Part shown: in pieces, positions 17,103 to 25,815 of the stretch
Position numbering within the stretch: position 1 is the stretch's first letter
How the letters are laid out: the number at the start of each line of letters is the position of its first letter
IMG/VR virus record: IMGVR_UViG_3300045988_125011
DNA: 64,000 bases
From: a virus
Strand: one strand, 5' to 3'
Notes under the pieces: generated by a model
Database searches by the model: none
What the model was told of the DNA's origin: nothing
What the model saw: only the letters and a program-made list of their open reading frames with translations
Position numbers and translations under genes: made by a program

Positions 17103-17178
17103 CTGGGTGTAGCACAGGTGGTAGTGCGCTTGCTTTGGGAGCAAGATGTCGGGGGTTCGAGTCCTCTCGCCCAGACCA
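17103..17178 (+). tRNA. tRNA-Pro (anticodon TGG)
   Basis: Anticodon stem cttgc/gcaag; loop tttggga; CCA encoded. Confidence 0.8.
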
Positions 17179-17199
17179 ATTTCATAGAGGAGGGTTGCC

Positions 17200-17682
17200 A
17201 TGTATCTGTATCACGGTACTCCGGCAGATTTCGATGTACCAACCCTGAACAAGTGTAAGCCGCACCGAGATTTCGGATGCGGCTTTTATCTTGCCACAAA
17301 TTATTTCGATGCCTTGCCGATGGCAGTCAAAAACTCTCGGGTGGGATATGTCCAAACATATCTGCTCACAGACTTGGATGGACTTTCCGTTCTGGAGTTT
17401 GATGAAAGGTCTGAGGATTGGCTTCGGTTCGTGGTTTCTTCAAGGCTCGGCACCGCTCCAAATGTCGATTTGGTAATCGGATATATGGCTGGCGGAGGAA
17501 GTAATTTGAAAAGTAAATTTACAAAGCTGAGAAATAGCAATGTGTCGATTGACGTGGCGGCTACAGCAATGCGAAAAGAGTTAACCAGTACGCAGCTTGG
17601 CGTACAATATGCGTTCCTGACAGAAAAAGCATTGTCCAAGCTCGTTAGGGTCTCAACTGAAATAGTGGAAATGGAGGATTAA
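17200..17682 (+). CDS. hypothetical protein with an H-G-T...Y...E arrangement reminiscent of H-Y-E (PARP/DarT-like) ADP-ribosyltransferases
   Basis: MYLYHGTPADFD resembles the PARP HGS motif; downstream GCGFYLA (Y) and LEFDERSED (E); this is inference only. Confidence 0.3.
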   Translation: MYLYHGTPADFDVPTLNKCKPHRDFGCGFYLATNYFDALPMAVKNSRVGYVQTYLLTDLDGLSVLEFDERSEDWLRFVVSSRLGTAPNVDLVIGYMAGGGSNLKSKFTKLRNSNVSIDVAATAMRKELTSTQLGVQYAFLTEKALSKLVRVSTEIVEMED

Positions 17683-17685
17683 AAC

Positions 17686-18240
17686 ATGACAAGGAATGAA
17701 TTTATTGACAATATCACTGAGTGGTGTGAACTGAAAGACTTTTGCAACGACTTTGACTGCGATATCTGTGAGGACATCTATGACGATGATGATTACGATG
17801 ACAGCGTCGAAGAAGATATCCGCGATGCTATCGCCGACTACGGCTGGAGGGACATCCGAGACTTCCTTGGCAACCTCCCCAGCGGGTACTATTACTACCG
17901 TCGTAACAGCGCCTTTGATTATGATGGTCTCGATGACGATGACTTCGAAGACTACAAAGAGGATGTCCTCGAATGGGGCGATGACTACGGCGCATGGGAC
18001 GACGAGGAAGATGAAGATGAAGAGTACGCCGATGCAGATGACGACTTCCTCGATTCTCTGGAAGAGGAACCCGACGAAGATGAAACCATTGAGGAAGAGG
18101 ATTTCTCCATCGATGACCTCATCGGTATGTGCAGTGTAGTGTTTGTGGCTATCCAGAATGATGAAGTGGAAAAGCAGCAAGAAGAAGACGAGGCGTTCGC
18201 ACAGCTCCTGAGCATGGATGGGAGACGTATTGCAACCTAA
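17686..18240 (+). CDS. hyper-acidic protein (very high Asp/Glu content), possible DNA-mimic or anti-restriction-like protein
   Basis: Composition read directly: runs such as DDDDYDD, DEEDEDEEYADADDDF, EEEPDEDETIEEED. Confidence 0.6.
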   Translation: MTRNEFIDNITEWCELKDFCNDFDCDICEDIYDDDDYDDSVEEDIRDAIADYGWRDIRDFLGNLPSGYYYYRRNSAFDYDGLDDDDFEDYKEDVLEWGDDYGAWDDEEDEDEEYADADDDFLDSLEEEPDEDETIEEEDFSIDDLIGMCSVVFVAIQNDEVEKQQEEDEAFAQLLSMDGRRIAT

Positions 18241-18676
18241 AACATAAGCGGATAACCGCTATGATACAGACCGCTTTGAAGATTGACTACATACATATGT
18301 CTCAGCAAAACGTGTAGTATCTTCTCGCTTAAAGCAGAAGAAAAGATTTGAGTTCTTCATTTTTAGCCTCGCATTTCCGAGGTTATAATTTTTATTCAGC
18401 GAATAAAAATAATAACCCGGAAATTGCTTGCTAAAAATGTCACTTTGTGCACATGGGGCTTCTGTAACAATCACGCCCCATGCGGAAAGCGGTCGGCAAA
18501 TTGAGAACGGAGGCGAGTTCAATGACAGACAAGAATAGGCGAAAACTTCAAGCGAAGAGAGCACGCAATTTCTGGACTTGTGCTCGTCCCGTTACTCAAA
18601 TTGTTCCAAACAAACGAGCTTATAATCGTAAGCGCGAGAAGGATATTCGTTACAAGTATAAGGAGGGCGAGCAAGA

Positions 18677-19198
18677 ATGAGATATCAGAGCACCCCAGAA
18701 AAAGAATTTGATGGCGACATTATCATTACAGACCCGTGTTACATCATTCGCAAGGAAAACGGGATAACTAAAAACGACTGGCACTATTGTGAGTACGGTG
18801 AATATATGGAGCGACTTGGGATTAAAAATTATCTGACCCATGACACCATCTATGGAGACTGGGGATGCACAGTTTTTGATTCTGACACAAAGAAACCGTT
18901 GGGACGATTCTGTGCAGATGCCGGTCTTGTATCTGTATTTCTGCTGGATGAAGTTCTTGCCTATAACCCAAACTTCAATTATCACGTAGAGAGACCGTGG
19001 ACAACTACGATAATTCCAGACTTCAAAGGGACTATTCAAATCGAAGTTGTAAGAGAAACCGGTACCTTCCAAGAGGACTCTGAGTATTGGAAAGCGGGAG
19101 AAACTTGGGAAGATTACCTCGTCCATGTTGTTGGGCATGGTGTAAACAAGAAAACAGGTAAAGCGATAAACTTTATTAGCAAACAAACGTCGCTGTAA
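18677..19198 (+). CDS. hypothetical protein
   Basis: 173-aa ORF with RBS aaggagggcgagcaagaATG. Confidence 0.5.
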   Translation: MRYQSTPEKEFDGDIIITDPCYIIRKENGITKNDWHYCEYGEYMERLGIKNYLTHDTIYGDWGCTVFDSDTKKPLGRFCADAGLVSVFLLDEVLAYNPNFNYHVERPWTTTIIPDFKGTIQIEVVRETGTFQEDSEYWKAGETWEDYLVHVVGHGVNKKTGKAINFISKQTSL

Positions 19199-19213
19199 GA
19201 TGGAGGGTGAAGA

Positions 19214-19774
19214 ATGAAGGTTCTTGTTGTCGTTGATATGCAGAACGACTTTATTGATGGTACACTTGGCACACCGGAGGCGCAGGCTATTGTGCCGAAG
19301 GTCGTCAAGAAAATCAAAGAGTTTGATGGGGAAGTTTTGTGGACACAAGACACCCATTCTGATGATTACCTCGAAACGCAAGAAGGAAGACTGTTGCCGG
19401 TAGAACACTGTATATCTGCAAGTAATGGCTGGCAGATTCATAGCTCAGTCAAAGCAGCAATTCAGAGCAAGCATCCAGTGGATGACCAGTTGAATGGTTT
19501 CGAGAAGAAAACGTTTGGTTCATTAGCACTTGCTGGTCGCCTATATCCAGAAGTTGCGTTTGGTGATGGCATAGAAGAAATTGTCCTTGTCGGTCTTTGT
19601 ACCGATATCTGTGTTATCTCAAACGCCTTGCTGCTCAAGTCGTTCATGCCGGAAGTTAAGATTACGGTCGATGCTTCCTGCTGCGCTGGCGTGACACCAG
19701 AGAGTCACAAGACTGCACTGTCGGCAATGAAAATGTGCCAGATTAACATCGAGAACGAGGGGGTCACGGCATGA
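19214..19774 (+). CDS. isochorismatase-family cysteine hydrolase (nicotinamidase PncA-like)
   Basis: VVVDMQNDF N-terminal motif and VGLCTDICV catalytic Cys context. Confidence 0.7.
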   Translation: MKVLVVVDMQNDFIDGTLGTPEAQAIVPKVVKKIKEFDGEVLWTQDTHSDDYLETQEGRLLPVEHCISASNGWQIHSSVKAAIQSKHPVDDQLNGFEKKTFGSLALAGRLYPEVAFGDGIEEIVLVGLCTDICVISNALLLKSFMPEVKITVDASCCAGVTPESHKTALSAMKMCQINIENEGVTA

Positions 19775-20559
19775 TTCTTGTCAACGACAAGCAGGTCGAG
19801 TTTACAAAGTTCCCTGATGGTACAACCTCTTTTAGGTATAATCCGTTTGGCTCAATGACTCGCATCTTCAATATCACATGGAAGTATGACGGCGATGAGG
19901 AGTGCATCCTTCTATGGTATCTGGTAAATCATATCCGCGACCATGACCGGAACGTTCGCCTCCGCTTGCTGCTCCCATACATTCCAAATGCCAGAATGGA
20001 TAGAGTAAAAAATGCGGACGAAGTGTTTACGCTAAAATGGTTTGCGCAGTTTATCAATATGCTGAATTTTGACGACGTGTTAGTCGATGACCCTCACTCG
20101 AATGTATCAGCAGCATTACTTGACAGAGTCAAGGTATATGACGCGCAGCCGCACATCCAGAAAGCTCTGGACAAGTTGGATGACAAAAATGTGTTGCTGT
20201 GCTATCCTGATGAGGGAGCAGCAAAACGATATTCATCGCAAGCTGGTAGAGAGTATGTGTTCTGCATCAAGCACAGAGACTGGCGCACCGGGAAAATTGA
20301 ACGGCTGGAACTGACGAGCCCAGAAAAGGTTACCGATAGAAATGTGCTGATTGTCGATGATATTTGTTCTCGCGGAGGCACATTCACTTTTACAGCTAAG
20401 GCACTAAAAGAGGCTGGCGCGAATGAAGTGTATTTGTATGTGACCCATTGTGAAAACACAATTCACAGTGGAACGGTTCTCACAGACGGCTTAATCAGTC
20501 GTGTGTTTACCACAGATAGTATCTATCGCGGAAATAGCGAGATGATTTCGCTCATTTAA
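19771..20559 (+). CDS. ribose-phosphate pyrophosphokinase (Prs)-like phosphoribosyltransferase-fold protein; candidate ADP-ribose pyrophosphokinase of a NAD reconstitution pathway
   Basis: PRPP-binding loop NVLIVDDICSRGGT and Prs-like C-terminal EVYLYVTHCENTIHSG; 262 aa. Confidence 0.55.
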   Translation: MILVNDKQVEFTKFPDGTTSFRYNPFGSMTRIFNITWKYDGDEECILLWYLVNHIRDHDRNVRLRLLLPYIPNARMDRVKNADEVFTLKWFAQFINMLNFDDVLVDDPHSNVSAALLDRVKVYDAQPHIQKALDKLDDKNVLLCYPDEGAAKRYSSQAGREYVFCIKHRDWRTGKIERLELTSPEKVTDRNVLIVDDICSRGGTFTFTAKALKEAGANEVYLYVTHCENTIHSGTVLTDGLISRVFTTDSIYRGNSEMISLI

Positions 20560-20578
20560 TCTTAAAGGAGGCGGGCAA

Positions 20579-21784
20579 ATGCTTGAGTTACAGGGTAAGT
20601 TTGGCACTGCAAAGGTGTTTACCGACGTGGTCGATAATGAGTCTATCTCTCAGGTTATCAATCTTTTGAATCAACCGTACATCGAGGGAAGCAAAGTCCG
20701 TATGATGCCAGACATTCATGCTGGGGCTGGTTGTACAATCGGAACCACGATGACCATCAAGGATAAGATTTGCCCGAACCTTGTCGGCGTTGACATTGGA
20801 TGCGGCATGGAAACTATCCGTATCAAAGAAACGCATATTGAACCGCAGAAGCTGGACAAAGTTATTCGTGCAGGAGTTCCGTCCGGTTTCGAGATTCGCA
20901 CAGAAGCTCATAGATATGCAAGTAGCATCGACCTGTCGGAACTGTGCTGTGCAAAGATGGTCAATGTAGACCGCGCATATAAAAGCATCGGTACGCTTGG
21001 TGGAGGGAATCATTTCATCGAAGCCAACAAAGATGATGATGGACACATCTATATTGTGGTGCATTCCGGTAGTAGACACCTTGGTCTGGAGATTGCTAAC
21101 TTCTATCAGGAAGCTGCGTTCAAGGCGTTAACCTCGTATTCCAAGGAAGAAATCGAGGAGGTCGTCAACGAGTTAAAAGCGGCTGGAAGACAAAGAGAAA
21201 TCCAAGCTGTTCTTAAAGGCATGAAGGCGAAGAAGCCGGGAGTTCCAAAGCAGCTTGCATACGTTGAGGGAGAATTGTTTGAGCAGTATATCCATGACAT
21301 GAAAATTGCTCAACGTTTTGCTGAGCTTAACCGCCAAGCAATGATGGACACCATTGTTAAGGGTATGGGCTTCCATGTCGAAGAGCAGTTTACGACTATT
21401 CACAACTACATCGATGTAGAGAATATGATTCTTCGCAAGGGCTCGGTCTCTGCACAGGCTGGTGAGCGGCTGCTGATTCCTATCAACATGAGAGACGGTA
21501 GTTTGCTGTGTACCGGCAAAGGAAATGAAGACTGGAACTTCTCTGCCCCGCATGGAGCTGGGCGTTTGATGAGCCGCAGTGCAGCGAAAGAGACATTCAC
21601 AGTTTCTGAGTTCAAGAAGCAGATGGAAGGCATTTACACCACATCTGTTGGAAGAAGCACACTCGATGAATGCCCGATGGCATACAAAGGTATGGATGAT
21701 ATCGTAAACAATGTCGAACCGACAGTGACCATTGATGCCATCATCAAGCCGATTTATAACTTTAAGGCGGGTGAAGAGGAATGA
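20579..21784 (+). CDS. rtcB: RtcB-family RNA ligase (3'-phosphate/5'-OH)
   Basis: MPDIHAGAGCTIGTT, VGVDIGCGM, GGGNHFIE and SAPHGAGR motifs align with E. coli RtcB; 401 aa. Confidence 0.9.
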   Translation: MLELQGKFGTAKVFTDVVDNESISQVINLLNQPYIEGSKVRMMPDIHAGAGCTIGTTMTIKDKICPNLVGVDIGCGMETIRIKETHIEPQKLDKVIRAGVPSGFEIRTEAHRYASSIDLSELCCAKMVNVDRAYKSIGTLGGGNHFIEANKDDDGHIYIVVHSGSRHLGLEIANFYQEAAFKALTSYSKEEIEEVVNELKAAGRQREIQAVLKGMKAKKPGVPKQLAYVEGELFEQYIHDMKIAQRFAELNRQAMMDTIVKGMGFHVEEQFTTIHNYIDVENMILRKGSVSAQAGERLLIPINMRDGSLLCTGKGNEDWNFSAPHGAGRLMSRSAAKETFTVSEFKKQMEGIYTTSVGRSTLDECPMAYKGMDDIVNNVEPTVTIDAIIKPIYNFKAGEEE

Positions 21785-22005
21785 TGATAGTCCTTTTGGT
21801 ACTCCTGTACCTCTGCATTGGTGCGATTGTAACATTCGCACTTTGCCGCTTGTACACTATCGTAGAACCATATGACAAATATAACGGCTTCGAATGCGAG
21901 TATATCGTGGTAGGTGTTTTCTGGATTGTTGCAGCACCGTTTGCGTTTGCTGTGTTTTTTGCGAAATATGGTGAAAAACTAAAGAAAAGAGGAAAAGCTG
22001 AATGA
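21781..22005 (+). CDS. small membrane protein
   Basis: 74 aa with two hydrophobic segments. Confidence 0.4.
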   Translation: MMIVLLVLLYLCIGAIVTFALCRLYTIVEPYDKYNGFECEYIVVGVFWIVAAPFAFAVFFAKYGEKLKKRGKAE

Positions 22006-23414
22006 TTACATACAATCCGCTCCTGTGTCTGGACTTCTATAAGACTTGTCACGCTGAACAGTATCCGAAGGGATTGACCAAGATGGTCTCATACTACACG
22101 CCGCGCATGAGTCGCCTTAGTGATACCGATAAGGTTACACTGTTTGGGCTTCAGGCATTCATTCAGGAATATCTCATTGAGGCATTCAACGACCACTTCT
22201 TTAATGTCCCGTTTGATAGTGTACTCAAGGAGTACACCAGAGTTCTTGGGGCAACAATCAGAACGAAAGGCGTTGGAGAGAAACGGCTTCGTGAATTGCA
22301 TGACCTCGGCTATCTTCCGTTACAGATTCGTGCTGTTCCCGAAGGAACGAGAACCAATATCAAAGTTCCGCAAATTGAAATCTCAAATACACACCCTAAC
22401 TTCGTATGGCTGGTCAACACCATCGAGACGATGCTCTCTTGCACAATGTGGCATACGCAAGTCTCCGCTGAGGTTGGGTACAGATATCGTAAAATCGTCA
22501 ATGAGTATGCAGAACGCACTTGCGATGACAATGTGGTTCGTGCGAGACTCCTTGGCGATTTTTCTATGCGCGGGCAAGAGAGCGTTGAAAGTGCAACAAA
22601 GAGCGCAGCGGCTTTCTGCCTGAGCTTCTTGAATACAGCGACAGTGCCTGCGATTTTGTGGCTTGAGCATAATTACAACTGTGATTGTAGCAAGGAACCT
22701 GTCGCATATGGTGCGCTCTCAACAGAACACAGCGTAATGTGTTCCAACTTTGCTGTTGACGGTGATGAGGTGACACAGATTCGACGACTTCTTTGTGAGG
22801 TGTATCCGCATCAAAGTTTCTCAATGGTTAGCGACAGCTATGACTATTGGAATCTTGTTGAAAAAGTCCTCCCTCAGCTCAAAGATGACATCCTAAATCA
22901 CGATGGCTTCATCTCAATTCGCGGCGACAGCGGTGACCCTGTTAGTGTAATCACTGAGACCGTATATCGTCTGTGGGACATCTTTGGCGACAAGCGTACT
23001 GAAATCAATGCCGAGTTGGATACCTATTTGCGTGAGAAGTTCGACCAGTATGGCATCATTATTGACACTGTAAACTTTACGGATATCTCAGTTGACGATG
23101 AAACGGCTGCGGCTATCCAGAAGAAAGTCACTGCTCAGCAGGAGCTTGAGTTGGCGAATATTGAAAAGCAAACCGCCAAGGTTCAGGCTGAGAAAGATAG
23201 AGAGGTCGCACAGATTAACGCAGAGAAAGCAGTTATTGAAGCAGAAGCAAAAGCAGAGACATTGCGTATTGCTGCGGAGGCAGAAGCCGACGCAAACCGC
23301 AAGATTGCGGCTTCACTTACCAATGAGTTGATTGAAAAAATCAAGTATGAGCAGTGGAACGGAGAGCTGCCTACGGTGACTGGCTCAACGCCCATCATTA
23401 GTCTCGAACCGTGA
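22002..23414 (+). CDS. NAMPT/NadV-family nicotinamide phosphoribosyltransferase homologue, truncated core with a C-terminal Ala/Glu-rich coiled-coil extension (candidate Namat-type enzyme)
   Basis: LLCLDFYKTCH, LQIRAVPEG, GDFSMRG, MVSDSYD and IRGDSGDP align with NAMPT; the last ~100 aa are a low-complexity helical segment. Confidence 0.7.
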   Translation: MITYNPLLCLDFYKTCHAEQYPKGLTKMVSYYTPRMSRLSDTDKVTLFGLQAFIQEYLIEAFNDHFFNVPFDSVLKEYTRVLGATIRTKGVGEKRLRELHDLGYLPLQIRAVPEGTRTNIKVPQIEISNTHPNFVWLVNTIETMLSCTMWHTQVSAEVGYRYRKIVNEYAERTCDDNVVRARLLGDFSMRGQESVESATKSAAAFCLSFLNTATVPAILWLEHNYNCDCSKEPVAYGALSTEHSVMCSNFAVDGDEVTQIRRLLCEVYPHQSFSMVSDSYDYWNLVEKVLPQLKDDILNHDGFISIRGDSGDPVSVITETVYRLWDIFGDKRTEINAELDTYLREKFDQYGIIIDTVNFTDISVDDETAAAIQKKVTAQQELELANIEKQTAKVQAEKDREVAQINAEKAVIEAEAKAETLRIAAEAEADANRKIAASLTNELIEKIKYEQWNGELPTVTGSTPIISLEP

Positions 23415-23626
23415 TGGAAAAATGGTGGGACAATGCAAAAGATTGGGTTAAAGTTCTAATTTGCATTGCTGTCTCCATCGTCTCGATTGCGCTAATCATT
23501 CTTACGATGATTATGCCAATTGTTTGGAGCATCAAGATGCATAACCCAGCCTTTCTGCTTTTGTGGTGCATCCCCGCTGGCATCTTTGTCGGCGTATGGG
23601 CTTACCAAGAGTTTTTTGATTTCTAA
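23411..23626 (+). CDS. small membrane protein
   Basis: 71 aa, hydrophobic. Confidence 0.4.
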   Translation: MMEKWWDNAKDWVKVLICIAVSIVSIALIILTMIMPIVWSIKMHNPAFLLLWCIPAGIFVGVWAYQEFFDF

Positions 23627-23642
23627 ATAAGGAGGAGATTAT

Positions 23643-24134
23643 TTGACAGCCGTATATCTGGTCATTTTATTTTTCGCTAAGGTGCTGGACAACACGCTTG
23701 GTACAGCCAAGACAATCTTGGTACAGAGAAATCGTTGTGTCCTTGCCGGAGTCGCTCTCGGCTTGTCAAATTTTATCTACCTTAGCATCACAAAAGATAT
23801 TGTAACGAGTGACAGCAGCCTCGCCCTTGCAACTGTTTCCATTGCAAGCGGTGTTGGCTGCTGTTTAGCTGTCGCATTAAGCAACAGGTTTTCAAAAGAC
23901 AAGACCTATGTGAACGTCATTATGTCGGATAATTTGGAGGCGATGCAAGAGTTTCGAGATTTTCTGGCAACACAGCACATCACGAATGTCGCTGCAGACA
24001 GCTATACCTTGGACTGGAGCAAAAAGTCCATTACCATCACTGCCTATGCAGAGACAAAAGCACAGAGCAAACTGATTGATGATTACATCGCAAATAGCTC
24101 ATTGAAGTTCAAAAGAGTTATCAGCAGAAGCTAA
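23643..24134 (+). CDS. membrane protein (TTG start)
   Basis: 163 aa with N-terminal transmembrane segments; RBS aaggaggagattaTTG. Confidence 0.45.
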   Translation: MTAVYLVILFFAKVLDNTLGTAKTILVQRNRCVLAGVALGLSNFIYLSITKDIVTSDSSLALATVSIASGVGCCLAVALSNRFSKDKTYVNVIMSDNLEAMQEFRDFLATQHITNVAADSYTLDWSKKSITITAYAETKAQSKLIDDYIANSSLKFKRVISRS

Positions 24135-24170
24135 AAACGATGGTTTTAATAATTCAAAGGAGGGTGTCCT

Positions 24171-25256
24171 ATGCGACATTTGGCAACAATCCGTGAGATT
24201 GCATCTCTTCGCCCGATTGCAGGAGCTGACCGCATTGAAGTTGCGCAGGTCGATGGTTGGGAATGTGTGGTTCAGAAGGGCGAGTTCCATACAGGAGAGC
24301 ATATCGTTTACATTGAGGTCGATTCTATCGTCCCAGAGCGCCCAGAGTTCGAGTTCTTGAGAGACAGAAAGTTCAGAGTCCGCACCATTAAGCTGCGTGG
24401 TCAGGTCAGTCAGGGTTTGGTTCTCCCACTGTCAATCCTTCCGAATGGTACTCCTGCAATTCTTGGCGCCGATGTGACAGACGCTTTGGGCATTAAGAAG
24501 TATGACCCAGAAGCGCAGCAAGAAGCACAGCTCTTGACAAAGCAACCGCAAAAACCGCAGAGCGCAATCGCTCGCTTCCTGATGCGATTCAAGTGGTATC
24601 GCAAACTGTTTATGAAGCCCAAGCGCAAGGGAGGATTCCCCGACTGGATTGCCAAGACGGATGAGACCCGCATTCAAAACCTTACGACGCTCTTTGAGAT
24701 GGAGCGTAACAAGGGAACGAAGTTCTCTGTCACAGAGAAAGTTGATGGGCAGTCAGCGACGTATTACCTGCGTAAAGTTTCCAAACGCAAGTATGAGTTT
24801 GGCGTTTGCAGCCGTAATATCTATCTCGGAACACCGGATAACAGTTCTTACTGGACGATTGCTAAGAAGTACAATATCGAAAACGTACTGCGACAGCTTA
24901 TCGGTGATTATGAAACCATCGTTTTACAAGGTGAGATTTGCGGCAACCAGATTCAGGGCAACAAGTACCACATTAGTGGTTACGACTTGTTTGCCTTCAA
25001 CCTGATTTATCCAGACCACAAGTGTGGCACGGCAGAAATCAAGAAACTGCTTGAGCCGTATGGAATTAAGACTGTTCCGATTATTGAGGAGGACAAAACC
25101 CTGCCCGAAACTATCGCTGAGCTGGTCGAGTATTCCAAGGGAAAATCAGTGGTTCGTAAGGAACAAAAACGAGAAGGTGTAGTTATGCGCAATGTCCAGA
25201 GCAACATCAGCTTCAAGGTCATCAATCCTGACTTCCTTCTCGCAGAAAAGGACTGA
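24171..25256 (+). CDS. ATP-dependent RNA ligase (Rnl-type nucleotidyltransferase with an N-terminal OB/tRNA-binding-like domain)
   Basis: Lysine-adenylation motif TEKVDGQSATYY (KxDG); 361 aa. Confidence 0.6.
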   Translation: MRHLATIREIASLRPIAGADRIEVAQVDGWECVVQKGEFHTGEHIVYIEVDSIVPERPEFEFLRDRKFRVRTIKLRGQVSQGLVLPLSILPNGTPAILGADVTDALGIKKYDPEAQQEAQLLTKQPQKPQSAIARFLMRFKWYRKLFMKPKRKGGFPDWIAKTDETRIQNLTTLFEMERNKGTKFSVTEKVDGQSATYYLRKVSKRKYEFGVCSRNIYLGTPDNSSYWTIAKKYNIENVLRQLIGDYETIVLQGEICGNQIQGNKYHISGYDLFAFNLIYPDHKCGTAEIKKLLEPYGIKTVPIIEEDKTLPETIAELVEYSKGKSVVRKEQKREGVVMRNVQSNISFKVINPDFLLAEKD

Positions 25257-25261
25257 TTTTT

Positions 25262-25741
25262 ATGAGTGGTAAATCAACAGACTTGACCAACAGAACATTC
25301 GGAGAATTAAAAGTGGTCAAGCGAGCTGAAAACAGCAACAGCGGTCAACCAAGGTGGCTGTGCGAATGTAGATGCGGCAAGACTTGCATCGTTGATGGGC
25401 GATTCCTCAAAAATGGTGCCGTAAAATCTTGCGGGTGTTTGCCGAGAGGTGTTCCGCAAGGTGAAATGCCGGAGCGAGCAATGGCACAACCATCGGTAAG
25501 CCTTGGGCGGTTGAGAAAAAGTAACGATGACCCTTGGCGCAATTTGGCGAATGCCATTGTTGCAGTTGCAGCGGATGATTATCGTTCGGCACTTCGTAAT
25601 GAAGACGAGGGATTGTTGAAAAGTCTGGAGAGGTTCTTCCATTCTGAATGGTACAGGATTTTGACGGACGTAGATGCAGACAGGCTTCTCGGAATGTTAC
25701 GAAGAGAACGGAGCGGCTCATTACAAGCCGCTTACATATAA
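25262..25741 (+). CDS. hypothetical Cys-rich (zinc-binding) protein
   Basis: WLCECRCGKTCIV...KSCGC cysteine cluster. Confidence 0.45.
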   Translation: MSGKSTDLTNRTFGELKVVKRAENSNSGQPRWLCECRCGKTCIVDGRFLKNGAVKSCGCLPRGVPQGEMPERAMAQPSVSLGRLRKSNDDPWRNLANAIVAVAADDYRSALRNEDEGLLKSLERFFHSEWYRILTDVDADRLLGMLRRERSGSLQAAYI

Positions 25742-25815
25742 ACAGAGCCGAGTTATTCGGCTCTTTTCTTTGAGCAATCCAGCTTATGATTGCTTGAAGA
25801 AAAGAATCGAAAGGA

